A program made the translations under genes and the position numbers. A stretch of 64,000 bases of DNA from Candidatus Bathyarchaeota archaeon (GTDB lineage: Archaea > Thermoproteota > Bathyarchaeia > 40CM-2-53-6): the NCBI GenBank assembly GCA_963726255.1, contig CAVSBL010000002.1, positions 736,001 to 800,000 on the forward strand, read 5' to 3'. Every line of letters begins with the position of its first letter. Within the stretch, counting starts at the first letter, position 1. Positions 19,856-28,817 of the stretch are shown piece by piece. The notes below the pieces were generated by a model. That model was not told the DNA's origin and made no database searches. It saw only the letters and a program-made list of their open reading frames with translations.

Positions 19856-20137
19856 TTGGCCTTAGTCGGTTATGAATGGCTCATAGTCGTAGCCATTCTC
19901 CTCGTCGTCTTCCTGTGGGGACCACAGAAGCTACCGGAGCTAGCTAGGTCAATTGGGCTCGCTAAGAAAGAGTTCGAGAAGGCAGCCAAAGAGGTATCGT
20001 CTTCGACGACCACTGCTACTACTGAGACAAGCCCCGACCCTCTCATAACCGCCGCTAAGAACCTAGGAATCGTCACCGAAGGAAAAACCAAGGAAGAGAT
20101 TGCCAGAGAGATTGCGGACCGAACGGCGAGAAAGTAG
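19856..20137 (+). CDS. tatA: Twin-arginine translocase TatA
   Basis: GYEW...LWGPQKLPELARSIGLAKKEFEKA; C-terminal A..LGI.TEGKTKEEI. Confidence 0.93.
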   Translation: MALVGYEWLIVVAILLVVFLWGPQKLPELARSIGLAKKEFEKAAKEVSSSTTTATTETSPDPLITAAKNLGIVTEGKTKEEIAREIADRTARK

Positions 20138-20221
20138 CACTCACCGAATCATACCTACGCCGAGGACTCCGACGAAGCAATTACAAAGAAAATCTAGCTG
20201 TGCGCTTGGACCGTCTGCTCC

Positions 20222-21121
20222 ATGAGTGGAAAGGTGGTAGAGCCCGAAAGGGCTGGCACTATTTTTGAACACCTTTCTGAACTAGCCTCCAGACTGAAGA
20301 TAGTACTCTATTCGCTCTTCATAACAACAACAATCTTTATGGTTTTTCCCGCCAATCCATCCTTCATCAAAAACCCATTCGCCTTCTACGACCCTTTGAT
20401 CTCTCTCGTACTACGACGAGTCGTAAACGATGTTCTTCCGACCGGCGTTCAACTTATCGCGGGCGAATTCACTGCACCCCTAGAAATCTACCTTATCGCG
20501 TCCGTGCTTCTCGGAGTAGCTGTCAGTTCCCCCGTTATCGCCTACGAGGTCTACAGGTACATCGATCCCGCACTCTATCCCGAAGAACGAAAGGCCGTTT
20601 ACCCGTTCGTGGCATCTTTCACTCTCCTGTTTCTGATTGGAGCTGTATTTGGATACAAAGTCCTTGCACCCTTCATGCTCTGGGCCATGTTACCTTTCTT
20701 TAGGCTAACAGGTGCTGTGGCAATCATTTACGTCATGGATTTCTACAGCTTGGTATTCATCACGACGTTGACATCAGGTTTCTCGTTCACGATGCCAGTA
20801 TTTTTTGTTCTCCTCGTAAGATTTGGGATAATCAAAACGAGTTATGTGACTACGCGCCGCCGTTACATCTACGCTGCACTGTACATCATCACGGCTGTTA
20901 TAACACCTGATGGTGGCCCAATAGCTGATTTGGCACTGTTCGTTCCAATGGCGATTCTGCTCGAAGTTGCTGTGTTCTTTGGGAAGCGATATGAGAAAGG
21001 CTCGCGAGTATTGTATCGGCCAGTCGAAGAAAAGACAAGCTACATAAAATGCAGGTTCTGCGGAGCGCTCCTCAGCGACAGGTTGGGATTCTGCCCTGAA
21101 TGTGACAGAGCCCAGGTCTAA
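20222..21121 (+). CDS. tatC: Twin-arginine translocase TatC with C-terminal zinc ribbon
   Basis: EHLSEL..RL, YIDPALYPEERK, AVITPDG; ends CRFC-x10-CPECDRAQV. Confidence 0.93.
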   Translation: MSGKVVEPERAGTIFEHLSELASRLKIVLYSLFITTTIFMVFPANPSFIKNPFAFYDPLISLVLRRVVNDVLPTGVQLIAGEFTAPLEIYLIASVLLGVAVSSPVIAYEVYRYIDPALYPEERKAVYPFVASFTLLFLIGAVFGYKVLAPFMLWAMLPFFRLTGAVAIIYVMDFYSLVFITTLTSGFSFTMPVFFVLLVRFGIIKTSYVTTRRRYIYAALYIITAVITPDGGPIADLALFVPMAILLEVAVFFGKRYEKGSRVLYRPVEEKTSYIKCRFCGALLSDRLGFCPECDRAQV

Positions 21122-21246
21122 AGCCAAACACCAACGGTGAGTTGGGCAATGGAAACCGGACGAGGCGCCTTTATCACCGACCCCTATGAAACCGTTCAAA
21201 GTCTAATTAGGGTCGATTCGCGTTCCCTATGAATAGGGCGTAGCCT

Positions 21247-22065
21247 ATGCCAATCCCTTTACTGGAACGTTCCTCGAAAGAAATTTCCAACCGGATTAAG
21301 GGAACTATTGAAGAGGTACCAGAGGTCAGGGGCTGTCGTCAAGTCAGTGTTCGGATGACCGGGAAGAGGCTTGACATTAGCGCACACGTACTCCTCGACA
21401 GCAGCCTCACATTCGACGAAGTTCACAGAATCGTCTCAGTCATCGAAAGAAGGATAAGAAGTAAGGCTCAACGCATCGCCCGCATAACAATTCAAACCGA
21501 ACCATATGGGCACAGCAGAACGGGCATAGCGACTCTAGTGGCAGAAATTGCGGAAAAAGTCCCCGGCTCAAGAGGCGTTCACAACGTGCACATCCAGAAG
21601 ATTGCTGGGAAGCTCTCGGTCGATTTACGCCTCGAAGTGAGTGCGAATTTGACCGTCAAACAAGCACATGAAATTGCCAGTGAAGTTGAGCGAAGGGTGA
21701 AGGCTGCCGATCCAGAGATCGCCGACGTCATAGTACACATGGAATCGGCCTCAGATCTAATATCAAGGGAGCTGGAAGGGCGCGGGTCGGAGCTGAGATG
21801 GTTCATAGAAGATGCAGCGAAAAGATTCACTGAGATCAGAGCTGTCCACAGCGTAAAGATCCGCCGAAGCGGAAACAATCTCTATGCCTTGCTTCACTGT
21901 AGGTTCGATCCCAACATGTCGATAAAGAGAGCCCATGAGATCTCGCATAAACTCGAAAAAGCAGTGAAAACGGCCTATCCAATGGTGGACGAATTTGAGG
22001 TAAGGGAAGAGCCCGTGTCGAATTCAACTAATAGTTCAAGCGTGAAAAGGCTACACAACTCCTAA
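21247..22065 (+). CDS. Soluble protein with three tandem CDF (cation efflux) C-terminal dimerisation-like domains
   Basis: Three repeats: ...LTFDEVHRI...ITIQTEP / LTVKQAHEIA...VIVHMES / MSIKRAHEIS...EVREEP; no TM helices. Confidence 0.8.
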   Translation: MPIPLLERSSKEISNRIKGTIEEVPEVRGCRQVSVRMTGKRLDISAHVLLDSSLTFDEVHRIVSVIERRIRSKAQRIARITIQTEPYGHSRTGIATLVAEIAEKVPGSRGVHNVHIQKIAGKLSVDLRLEVSANLTVKQAHEIASEVERRVKAADPEIADVIVHMESASDLISRELEGRGSELRWFIEDAAKRFTEIRAVHSVKIRRSGNNLYALLHCRFDPNMSIKRAHEISHKLEKAVKTAYPMVDEFEVREEPVSNSTNSSSVKRLHNS

Positions 22066-22170
22066 AAGCGCCCCGCGTTCGCTGGCTGCACAGCTGGTGC
22101 GGATGCAACGTCGGACACTAAGACGCCAACGAGCAACCGCAAAGACTACTGGTCCATCCCACTGGCCGAT

Positions 22171-24672
22171 GTGTTCAAGGGACTAAACGCAACTGAACAT
22201 GGGCTGTCCGAACTCGAGGCTGATGCCCGGCTCAAGGTTTACGGTCTCAACGAGCTGCCAACCCACGCGTTTAGCTCGGTAAGAATTCTGATTAGACAGT
22301 TCAAGAACCCATTGTTCCTCATACTCTTAGTCGCCGCAGTAGTGGCTGGATTCTTCGAACTCGACCAGTCCATCGCCATAGTTGCAATCATAGCCCTAAG
22401 TGCAGTCTTGGGTTTCTACAATGAATACAAAGCGGAAAAAATCATTGAAGACCTTCGCCAAAGCGTGTCGCTCAAAGCCGTCGTAATAAGAGATGGGAAA
22501 CCAGCACAGATCGACTCGAAGCTGCTGGCCCCTGGCGATGTGGTCTCCGTCTATGTTGGCGATATAGTTCCGTCTGATATGCGGATAGTCGACTGTAAAG
22601 ACTTGGAAGTTAACGAAGCAGTACTTACCGGAGAATCCTTCCCAGCCGAGAAAACTTCTGCCCCGCTTCAGATTCAGCATCCTACGCCACAGCAGCTTGT
22701 GAATTACATGTTCATGGGCACAGTGGTTGCTCACGGAACTGGCCGGGGCGTCGTCGTTGCAACCGGGAAAAATACCGAATTTGGGTCTATCTCACGAAGT
22801 CTAGCGCGAACACGACCTGAAACCGAATTCCAAAGAGGAGTTCGAAAGTACGGTAACATGCTCATTTCGCTCGCTTTGGTACTTGTCATCGGAATATTCG
22901 CATTGAATTGGTTGGTCGGCCATCCTATCATTGAATCGCTCTTGTTCTCGCTAGCAGTGGCCGTGGGTTTAGTACCGGAACTAATGCCTGCAATCGTAAC
23001 CATCAGCCTTTCACAGGCAGCTAGGAATATGGCCAAACGCAGAGTTGTAGTGAAACGCCAGGTTTCCATCGAGGATTTTGGCAACATGGACGTCTTGTGC
23101 ACAGACAAAACTGGAACGCTCACAAGCGGAAAAATCAGTTTGAAGGATTATTGGACACCGAGCGGGAGTGCTGAGCAACGCATTCTGCAGTATGGTCTAC
23201 TATGCAATAGCGCTGTTGTCGGAGCGGGCGAAATCACGGGTAACCCCATGGATGTCGCTATCTGGGAATTCGCCAACCAGAATGGCATTCAGAAAGATGC
23301 ACATTCTAACGTTGCTATCGACGAAATGGCGTTCGACTATCAGAGACGCATGATGTCGGTCGTTGTTCAGACCAAAGAAGGAAGACTGCTAATCACAAAG
23401 GGCGCGCCAGAATCAGTTCTTACCCGATGCGAGCAGGTTGTAAGCGAAACAGGAATCGCGCAATTAGATACTGTTAAACAAACGATAGACTCCAAACTAG
23501 TTGAACAAGCCCGTGCAGGGTACCGGACTATAGCATTGGCCTTCCGGGCCATAGAGGCTAAGACCTCTTATTCAGTTGACGATGAGAATAAACTCACGCT
23601 GCTTGGGTTCATCACCTTCACCGACCCGCCAAAACAAGATGCTCGTGAAGCACTTGACAAACTCAAAGCGATGGGCGTGGAGGTGAAGATTCTGACGGGC
23701 GACAATGAGCTAGTTGCGGTAAAAGTCTGTGAGGACTTGAGCCTGCCAGTATACCGAGTCATTCGCGGCTCCGAACTGACCCAAATGACCTCTGCCGAAA
23801 TTCGGACGGGGGTCGAAGAGGCAACGGTTTTCGCGCGCATTACACCAGAGCAAAAGCTCGACATAATCAAGGCACTCAAGGTAAACAAGCACGTCGTCGG
23901 TTTCATGGGTGACGGAGTCAACGACGCTCCAGCCCTTTTCGAGTCCGATGTGGGGCTTTCAGTTGACTCTGGGGTTGATGTTGCAAAAGATGCGGCGGAC
24001 ATCGTTTTGCTTGACAAGGATTTGCTTGTGTTGGCCAATGGAATCGAAGAAGGGCGGAAGGTCTTTGGCAACGTTACAAAGTATATCCTAATGGGCACGA
24101 GTTCAAACTTTGGCAACATGTTCAGCGCGGCCGGCGCTTCGCTATTTCTCCCGTTCCTTCCGATGCTTCCAATGCAAATCCTGTTCATGAACCTGCTCTA
24201 CGATGTCGCGAACATGACACTCCCCACGGATGTCATTGATGTTGAGTTCAAAGACCTGCCCAAACGCTGGGACATAGATTTCGTGAGAAAGTTTACACTA
24301 TTCTTTGGACCGTTTAGCTCCCTGTACGATTTCCTAACCTACGGAATTATGCTCTTCATATTCGGCGCCGCCCCCGCACTGTTCCAAAGTGGATGGTTTG
24401 TGGAATCGTTCTGGACCGAGGTGCTAGTTATTTTTGTCATACGGACAAGGAGAGTACCTTTCATAACGAGCAAGCCTGGAAAATGGCTTACGATTCTGAC
24501 CTTGTCAGCCGTTGCTTTTGGGACCATTGTTCCCTTCACGTTCCTCGGTCATTTTCTCGGTTTCGTTGCCCTCCCAGCTGAATTTTGGGTATTGCTCGTG
24601 CTTATGGTCGCCACCTACCTTCTGCTCGTTGACGCCGGAAAGGTGTTCTTCTACAAGGTCTGCAAGTTCTAG
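22171..24672 (+). CDS. mgtA: Magnesium-translocating P-type ATPase
   Basis: TGES, PELMP, DKTGT, KGAPE, TGDN, GDGVND, SSNFGNMFS, FQSGWFVES. Confidence 0.92.
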   Translation: MFKGLNATEHGLSELEADARLKVYGLNELPTHAFSSVRILIRQFKNPLFLILLVAAVVAGFFELDQSIAIVAIIALSAVLGFYNEYKAEKIIEDLRQSVSLKAVVIRDGKPAQIDSKLLAPGDVVSVYVGDIVPSDMRIVDCKDLEVNEAVLTGESFPAEKTSAPLQIQHPTPQQLVNYMFMGTVVAHGTGRGVVVATGKNTEFGSISRSLARTRPETEFQRGVRKYGNMLISLALVLVIGIFALNWLVGHPIIESLLFSLAVAVGLVPELMPAIVTISLSQAARNMAKRRVVVKRQVSIEDFGNMDVLCTDKTGTLTSGKISLKDYWTPSGSAEQRILQYGLLCNSAVVGAGEITGNPMDVAIWEFANQNGIQKDAHSNVAIDEMAFDYQRRMMSVVVQTKEGRLLITKGAPESVLTRCEQVVSETGIAQLDTVKQTIDSKLVEQARAGYRTIALAFRAIEAKTSYSVDDENKLTLLGFITFTDPPKQDAREALDKLKAMGVEVKILTGDNELVAVKVCEDLSLPVYRVIRGSELTQMTSAEIRTGVEEATVFARITPEQKLDIIKALKVNKHVVGFMGDGVNDAPALFESDVGLSVDSGVDVAKDAADIVLLDKDLLVLANGIEEGRKVFGNVTKYILMGTSSNFGNMFSAAGASLFLPFLPMLPMQILFMNLLYDVANMTLPTDVIDVEFKDLPKRWDIDFVRKFTLFFGPFSSLYDFLTYGIMLFIFGAAPALFQSGWFVESFWTEVLVIFVIRTRRVPFITSKPGKWLTILTLSAVAFGTIVPFTFLGHFLGFVALPAEFWVLLVLMVATYLLLVDAGKVFFYKVCKF

Positions 24673-24683
24673 GGATACTCACA

Positions 24684-25007
24684 ATGCAACACTATCCAGA
24701 TTTGTTGTTTGTGTGGGCGATGAGCATCACATGGTGCACTATCTTCTTGATAGGAGTGAGTTTCTACCTCTATCTTAGAAGGAAGAGCCGACCCCCTGAG
24801 AGCAGACCGGGCCATGTTAGATTAACGGATTTCTTGTTCGTTCTAGTATTGGCGGGGTTGCTGGGGTTGTATATTGTCTCGATTAATCGAGCGTCAGCCG
24901 TAATTTTCGCGGTAGGCAATATTGTCGTGGAAATAGTACTGTTCGCCTACACGGTAAGAAACAAGACAGTTGGCGCTACCGAAACGCGAAAAACATCCAC
25001 TAGCTGA
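24684..25007 (+). CDS. Small 3-TM membrane protein
   Basis: Three hydrophobic segments, 11 nt downstream of mgtA. Confidence 0.65.
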   Translation: MQHYPDLLFVWAMSITWCTIFLIGVSFYLYLRRKSRPPESRPGHVRLTDFLFVLVLAGLLGLYIVSINRASAVIFAVGNIVVEIVLFAYTVRNKTVGATETRKTSTS

Positions 25008-25039
25008 GTGCGTTCTGGGGCGAAGCCCGTGGGAGCTTT

Positions 25040-25237
25040 TCAGCGTGCCTTTACACGCTTTACGATTGGCGGCCGAGCCTTACGCAACACGCGGTACCCG
25101 CAGTAAGGGCACTTAATCTCGGGCGTCATAGCCAACTGATCGGCCGTTAGGTGCTGGCCGCAGCTTATACACTCGTACATTATACCTGCAGGATGTTGCT
25201 CGGTTCCTTCAGCCATGGTTTCAAGCCTACGTTCCAT
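25040..25237 (-). CDS. rpoP: DNA-directed RNA polymerase subunit P (Rpo12)
   Basis: YECISCG...IKCPYCGYRVLRKARPPIVKRVKAR; true start may be 25216. Confidence 0.93.
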   Translation of the reverse strand: MERRLETMAEGTEQHPAGIMYECISCGQHLTADQLAMTPEIKCPYCGYRVLRKARPPIVKRVKAR

Positions 25238-25274
25238 TTTGAGAACTGCAATTAAACCTTTACAGAATTGAACC

Positions 25275-26507
25275 CTAGGAATGTTTCCTCATGAAGTTCT
25301 CAATCGCGTCGAATGCCTCAGTCAGAATCGATTCGTCCGGCAGGAAAACTGCCCTGAAATGGTCTTTTCCGTAGATCGGGTCGAAACCCGACCCGTGAAC
25401 AAGCAGAACCCCTGTTTCCTCCAAGAGTTGGGTGACGAATTCATAATCATTCTTCCATCTCTCACCGATCGCTTCGATCTTAGGGAAAAGGTAGAAGGCC
25501 CCTGCGGGTTTAGTTGCAGAGAGACCGGGAATATCATTTGCACGTTTCCAGGATAGGTCGCGGCGCCGTCTAAGTTTTGATACCATTTCTGCTATGTGGC
25601 CTTGAGGCCCGCGCAGTGCTTCTACACCCGCGTACTGCGTAGGTGTGCTGGCGCACAATCTTATACGGGATATTCTTTGCACTGCATCCCAGACATCTTT
25701 CATCTCGGTTCCTGGGTCCTGGAGATACAGGTATCCTAGCCTCCAACCCGTCATCAAATACTTCTTCGAGAAGCCGTTCAGGCCGAATACCGGAGTCTCT
25801 TTGGCAAGTGAGGCGACGCTGGTGAACGTGCCGTCGTAAACGATTCTGTCGTATATTTCATCTGCCGCCACCGGGATATTGCGCGAGGCGGCAATCTCCA
25901 GGATTCGGGATAGATCATTCCTCGAGTACAGCGAGCCCGTGGGATTGCTAGGGTTGATGACGACTATGAGCCGAGTTCGTTCAGTCAACTTATTCTCGAG
26001 ATCAGTAAGGTCAGGTGCCCAGCCCCTATCTTCTATGGTCCTGTAGGTTACTGGTTTTCCATCGAAGAACTTAGCGAAGGTCATGTAGGGAGAGTAAGAG
26101 GGCCCCGGCAGGAGCACTTCGTCGCCGGGGTTTAAGATCGCACCCATAAGGAATGAGATCGCTTCCGATATCCCTTGAGTGATGACAACATTGCGAGGCT
26201 CAATATGTGCCCCGTTCACAGAGTTTTCTTTCTCGGCCACGGCCTCGCGCAATTCTTTGACTCCTTCCGACGCGGAGTAGTAATTCAAGTCGGTATCAAC
26301 GGCTTTCTTCAGCGCATCTTTGATGTGAGGAGGCGTGTCGAAGCCGTATTTGACGGGGTCGCCAATGTTCAGGTAAAGAATCTTCTTTCCGGTTCGCCTG
26401 ACTTCGTCCGCCTTGACCATGACATCACGGATAGCGTATTCGACCGCTTGCCCCCTTCTCGAGGCACGCACGACTTCCTGCAACACCAAGGCCCGAAGCC
26501 GGTACAA
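25275..26507 (-). CDS. PLP-dependent aminotransferase class I/II (alanine/aspartate type)
   Basis: YLNIGDP, INPSNPTG, DEIYD, NGFSKKYLMTGWRLG. Confidence 0.92.
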   Translation of the reverse strand: MYRLRALVLQEVVRASRRGQAVEYAIRDVMVKADEVRRTGKKILYLNIGDPVKYGFDTPPHIKDALKKAVDTDLNYYSASEGVKELREAVAEKENSVNGAHIEPRNVVITQGISEAISFLMGAILNPGDEVLLPGPSYSPYMTFAKFFDGKPVTYRTIEDRGWAPDLTDLENKLTERTRLIVVINPSNPTGSLYSRNDLSRILEIAASRNIPVAADEIYDRIVYDGTFTSVASLAKETPVFGLNGFSKKYLMTGWRLGYLYLQDPGTEMKDVWDAVQRISRIRLCASTPTQYAGVEALRGPQGHIAEMVSKLRRRRDLSWKRANDIPGLSATKPAGAFYLFPKIEAIGERWKNDYEFVTQLLEETGVLLVHGSGFDPIYGKDHFRAVFLPDESILTEAFDAIENFMRKHS

Positions 26508-26638
26508 GTAAACCCGTTTAATAGGGTTCCTTCCTGTTGGCAGGACTAGCGAACTAGTGACCAGTGCACGAAGACACGGTCATGACCTAAGACGTACCGG
26601 GGCCGAGATTGAGGGGTAGACGAGTACGTTCGCCATGC

Positions 26639-28714
26639 TCAGTGCAAGAGTGCTAGTACAAATAGTGGCGCCAACGCGAGAGTGATTGTGTTCAGCAGCT
26701 TCACGACAACATGCAATGAAGGCCCCGCGGTATCCTTCAGCGGGTCGCCTAAGGTGTCGCCGATCACCGTCGCGGCGTGAACTTGTGAACCCTTCCCGCC
26801 CAAATGCCCAGCCTCTATGTACTTCTTGGCGTTGTCCAACGCGGCGCCGACGTTATTCATGAAAAGAGCCATAAGGACACCGACGACGGTGCCAACCATT
26901 AGCAAGCCGCCCGCGGCCTCTGCGCCGAGAACGACGCCGACAACTATTGGCCCGATGACGATAAGCAGGCTTGGATATACCATGTTCCTCAACGCCGCTT
27001 TTGTGCTTATGTCGATGCATAGCGAATAGTCCGGCTTGACCTTGCCTTTCATGATTCCTGGCATTTCCTTGAACTGCCGCCTGATTTCGCGTATCATAAC
27101 TGCTGAGGTTCTTCCAACGGCCTTGATTGCGAGCGAGCTGAAGAAGAAAATCAGCATCGCGCCAATGAACGCCCCCGTAAATACACCAGGCCTTGAGAGG
27201 TCGACGCCCTTCAAGCCAGCCACTTCCAGGAAGGCGCTGAACAGCAAGAACGCTGAAAGCGCAGCTGATGCGACACCGTAGCCTTTCGTTAGTGCCTTGG
27301 TCGTGTTGCCTACAGAATCAAGACGGTCAGAGATTACTCTGGCTTTGGCAGTGACTCCCGACATTTCTAGGATTCCGCCCGCATTGTCTGTTATCGGGCC
27401 AAAGCCGTCCATTGCAAGAACCATTGGCGTAACGGACAACATGCCCATAGTCGCTATTGCAGTCCCATACAGCCCCTTCTGGAAGGCAGGATCGGTCAGA
27501 TTTAGTTGCGCACCTTCAGAGACGAACCCGTTTCCTAAGCCGAACGCCAGCAGAATCGCGACACCAATCACTATTATGAAGAGGGCTGACGATTCCATTC
27601 CAACAGCAAAGCCCGTGGCAATTCCAGGTGCGGGACCGCTCTCCGAAGCATTGGCGATTTCGAGTGTTGGTTTTCTCCTATAAGATGTGTAGTAGTCCGT
27701 TATCCACGCAACAAGAACAGCAGACACGATTCCGACAAGCGCGGCGAAGAAGTAGTTGAGTTCCCCATTAAGTAGCACGACGGTCAGGAAATAGAAACCG
27801 GCAGCCGAGATAATTCCAGTTACAATCAGGCCTCGCGTAAGAGAATTGAACGGGTCCTCATTCTTACGGGAATAAACAAACACTGATCCAACTAGGGCGC
27901 CTACCAAACCAAACGCCCTAGCTAAGAGAGGAAAGATTAGGCCGTTGACTCCGAACAGGACGTAGACGGCTGGGGCTAAGCCAAGGATCATTGCGCCAAT
28001 GTTTTCAGCCGTAATGGATTCGAAGAGGTCGGCTCCACGCCCAGCAATGTCGCCAACGTTGTCCCCGACCAAGTCTGCTATGACGGCAGGGTTGCGAGGG
28101 TCATCTTCTGGTATTCCGGCCTCTACTTTCCCGACAAGGTCTGCGCTCATGTCAGCAGCCTTTGTGTATATGCCTCCGCCCAGCTGGGCAAATAGGGCCG
28201 CGAAACTGGCACCGAACCCGAAGCCAACCATCAGGCGTGGGTCACCATTGAAGACTAGGAATAGCGTTGAGATTCCGAGAAGGCTCATTGAGACGACCGC
28301 TAGACCGAACACGACTCCACCGCGGAAAGCGACCTTCAGAGCACGGTCTAGGCTGCTCATTGCACCACGCGCAGCCCGAACGTTCGAGCGAACCGAGATG
28401 TACATCGCGATGTAGCCAGCGAGGTTCGAGCAGAGGGCACCGAGCAAGAAGCCGCCGGCAGTGTCGACGCCGAGCCATGCGTTAGTAGGATTCCTTATAC
28501 CGACCGCCATCAAAGCTGTCGCGATTATGGCGATGATGCTGATGGTTCTGTATTGCCGTGCGAGGTAGGCTTCGGCGCCGTCCTTGATTGCGCTGGAAAT
28601 TTCCCTCATCCGAGCGGTTCCAGTGTCCTGTTTCATAATCCAAGTGGCAATATATCCTGCCACGGCGAGCGATAGGCCGCTGACTATGAAGACATAAACA
28701 AGGTCCGATAGCAA
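26639..28714 (-). CDS. hppA: Membrane-bound pyrophosphatase, predicted K+-independent H+-PPase (AVP2-like signature)
   Basis: TKAADMSADLVGKVE, EDDPRN, GDNVGDIAGRGADLFES, GNTTKA, GDPLKDTAGPSLHV. Confidence 0.93.
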   Translation of the reverse strand: MLSDLVYVFIVSGLSLAVAGYIATWIMKQDTGTARMREISSAIKDGAEAYLARQYRTISIIAIIATALMAVGIRNPTNAWLGVDTAGGFLLGALCSNLAGYIAMYISVRSNVRAARGAMSSLDRALKVAFRGGVVFGLAVVSMSLLGISTLFLVFNGDPRLMVGFGFGASFAALFAQLGGGIYTKAADMSADLVGKVEAGIPEDDPRNPAVIADLVGDNVGDIAGRGADLFESITAENIGAMILGLAPAVYVLFGVNGLIFPLLARAFGLVGALVGSVFVYSRKNEDPFNSLTRGLIVTGIISAAGFYFLTVVLLNGELNYFFAALVGIVSAVLVAWITDYYTSYRRKPTLEIANASESGPAPGIATGFAVGMESSALFIIVIGVAILLAFGLGNGFVSEGAQLNLTDPAFQKGLYGTAIATMGMLSVTPMVLAMDGFGPITDNAGGILEMSGVTAKARVISDRLDSVGNTTKALTKGYGVASAALSAFLLFSAFLEVAGLKGVDLSRPGVFTGAFIGAMLIFFFSSLAIKAVGRTSAVMIREIRRQFKEMPGIMKGKVKPDYSLCIDISTKAALRNMVYPSLLIVIGPIVVGVVLGAEAAGGLLMVGTVVGVLMALFMNNVGAALDNAKKYIEAGHLGGKGSQVHAATVIGDTLGDPLKDTAGPSLHVVVKLLNTITLALAPLFVLALLH

Positions 28715-28762
28715 ACATTACTCCTCTTTCGCAGGAGGCAAACCTCGCATAGGAAGATGTTT

Positions 28763-28773
28763 CGTTATTTAAG
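28763..28773 (-). promoter_or_regulatory. Putative TATA element CTTAAATAACG upstream of hppA (691 aa)
   Basis: About 50 nt upstream of the start; identical 11-mer upstream of the other hppA; GAGGAG RBS-like motif just before the start. Confidence 0.45.
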
Positions 28774-28817
28774 TGAACCGGGGTTTTGTTAGGATTCGCG
28801 AGAGTCCGCGATTGGCG

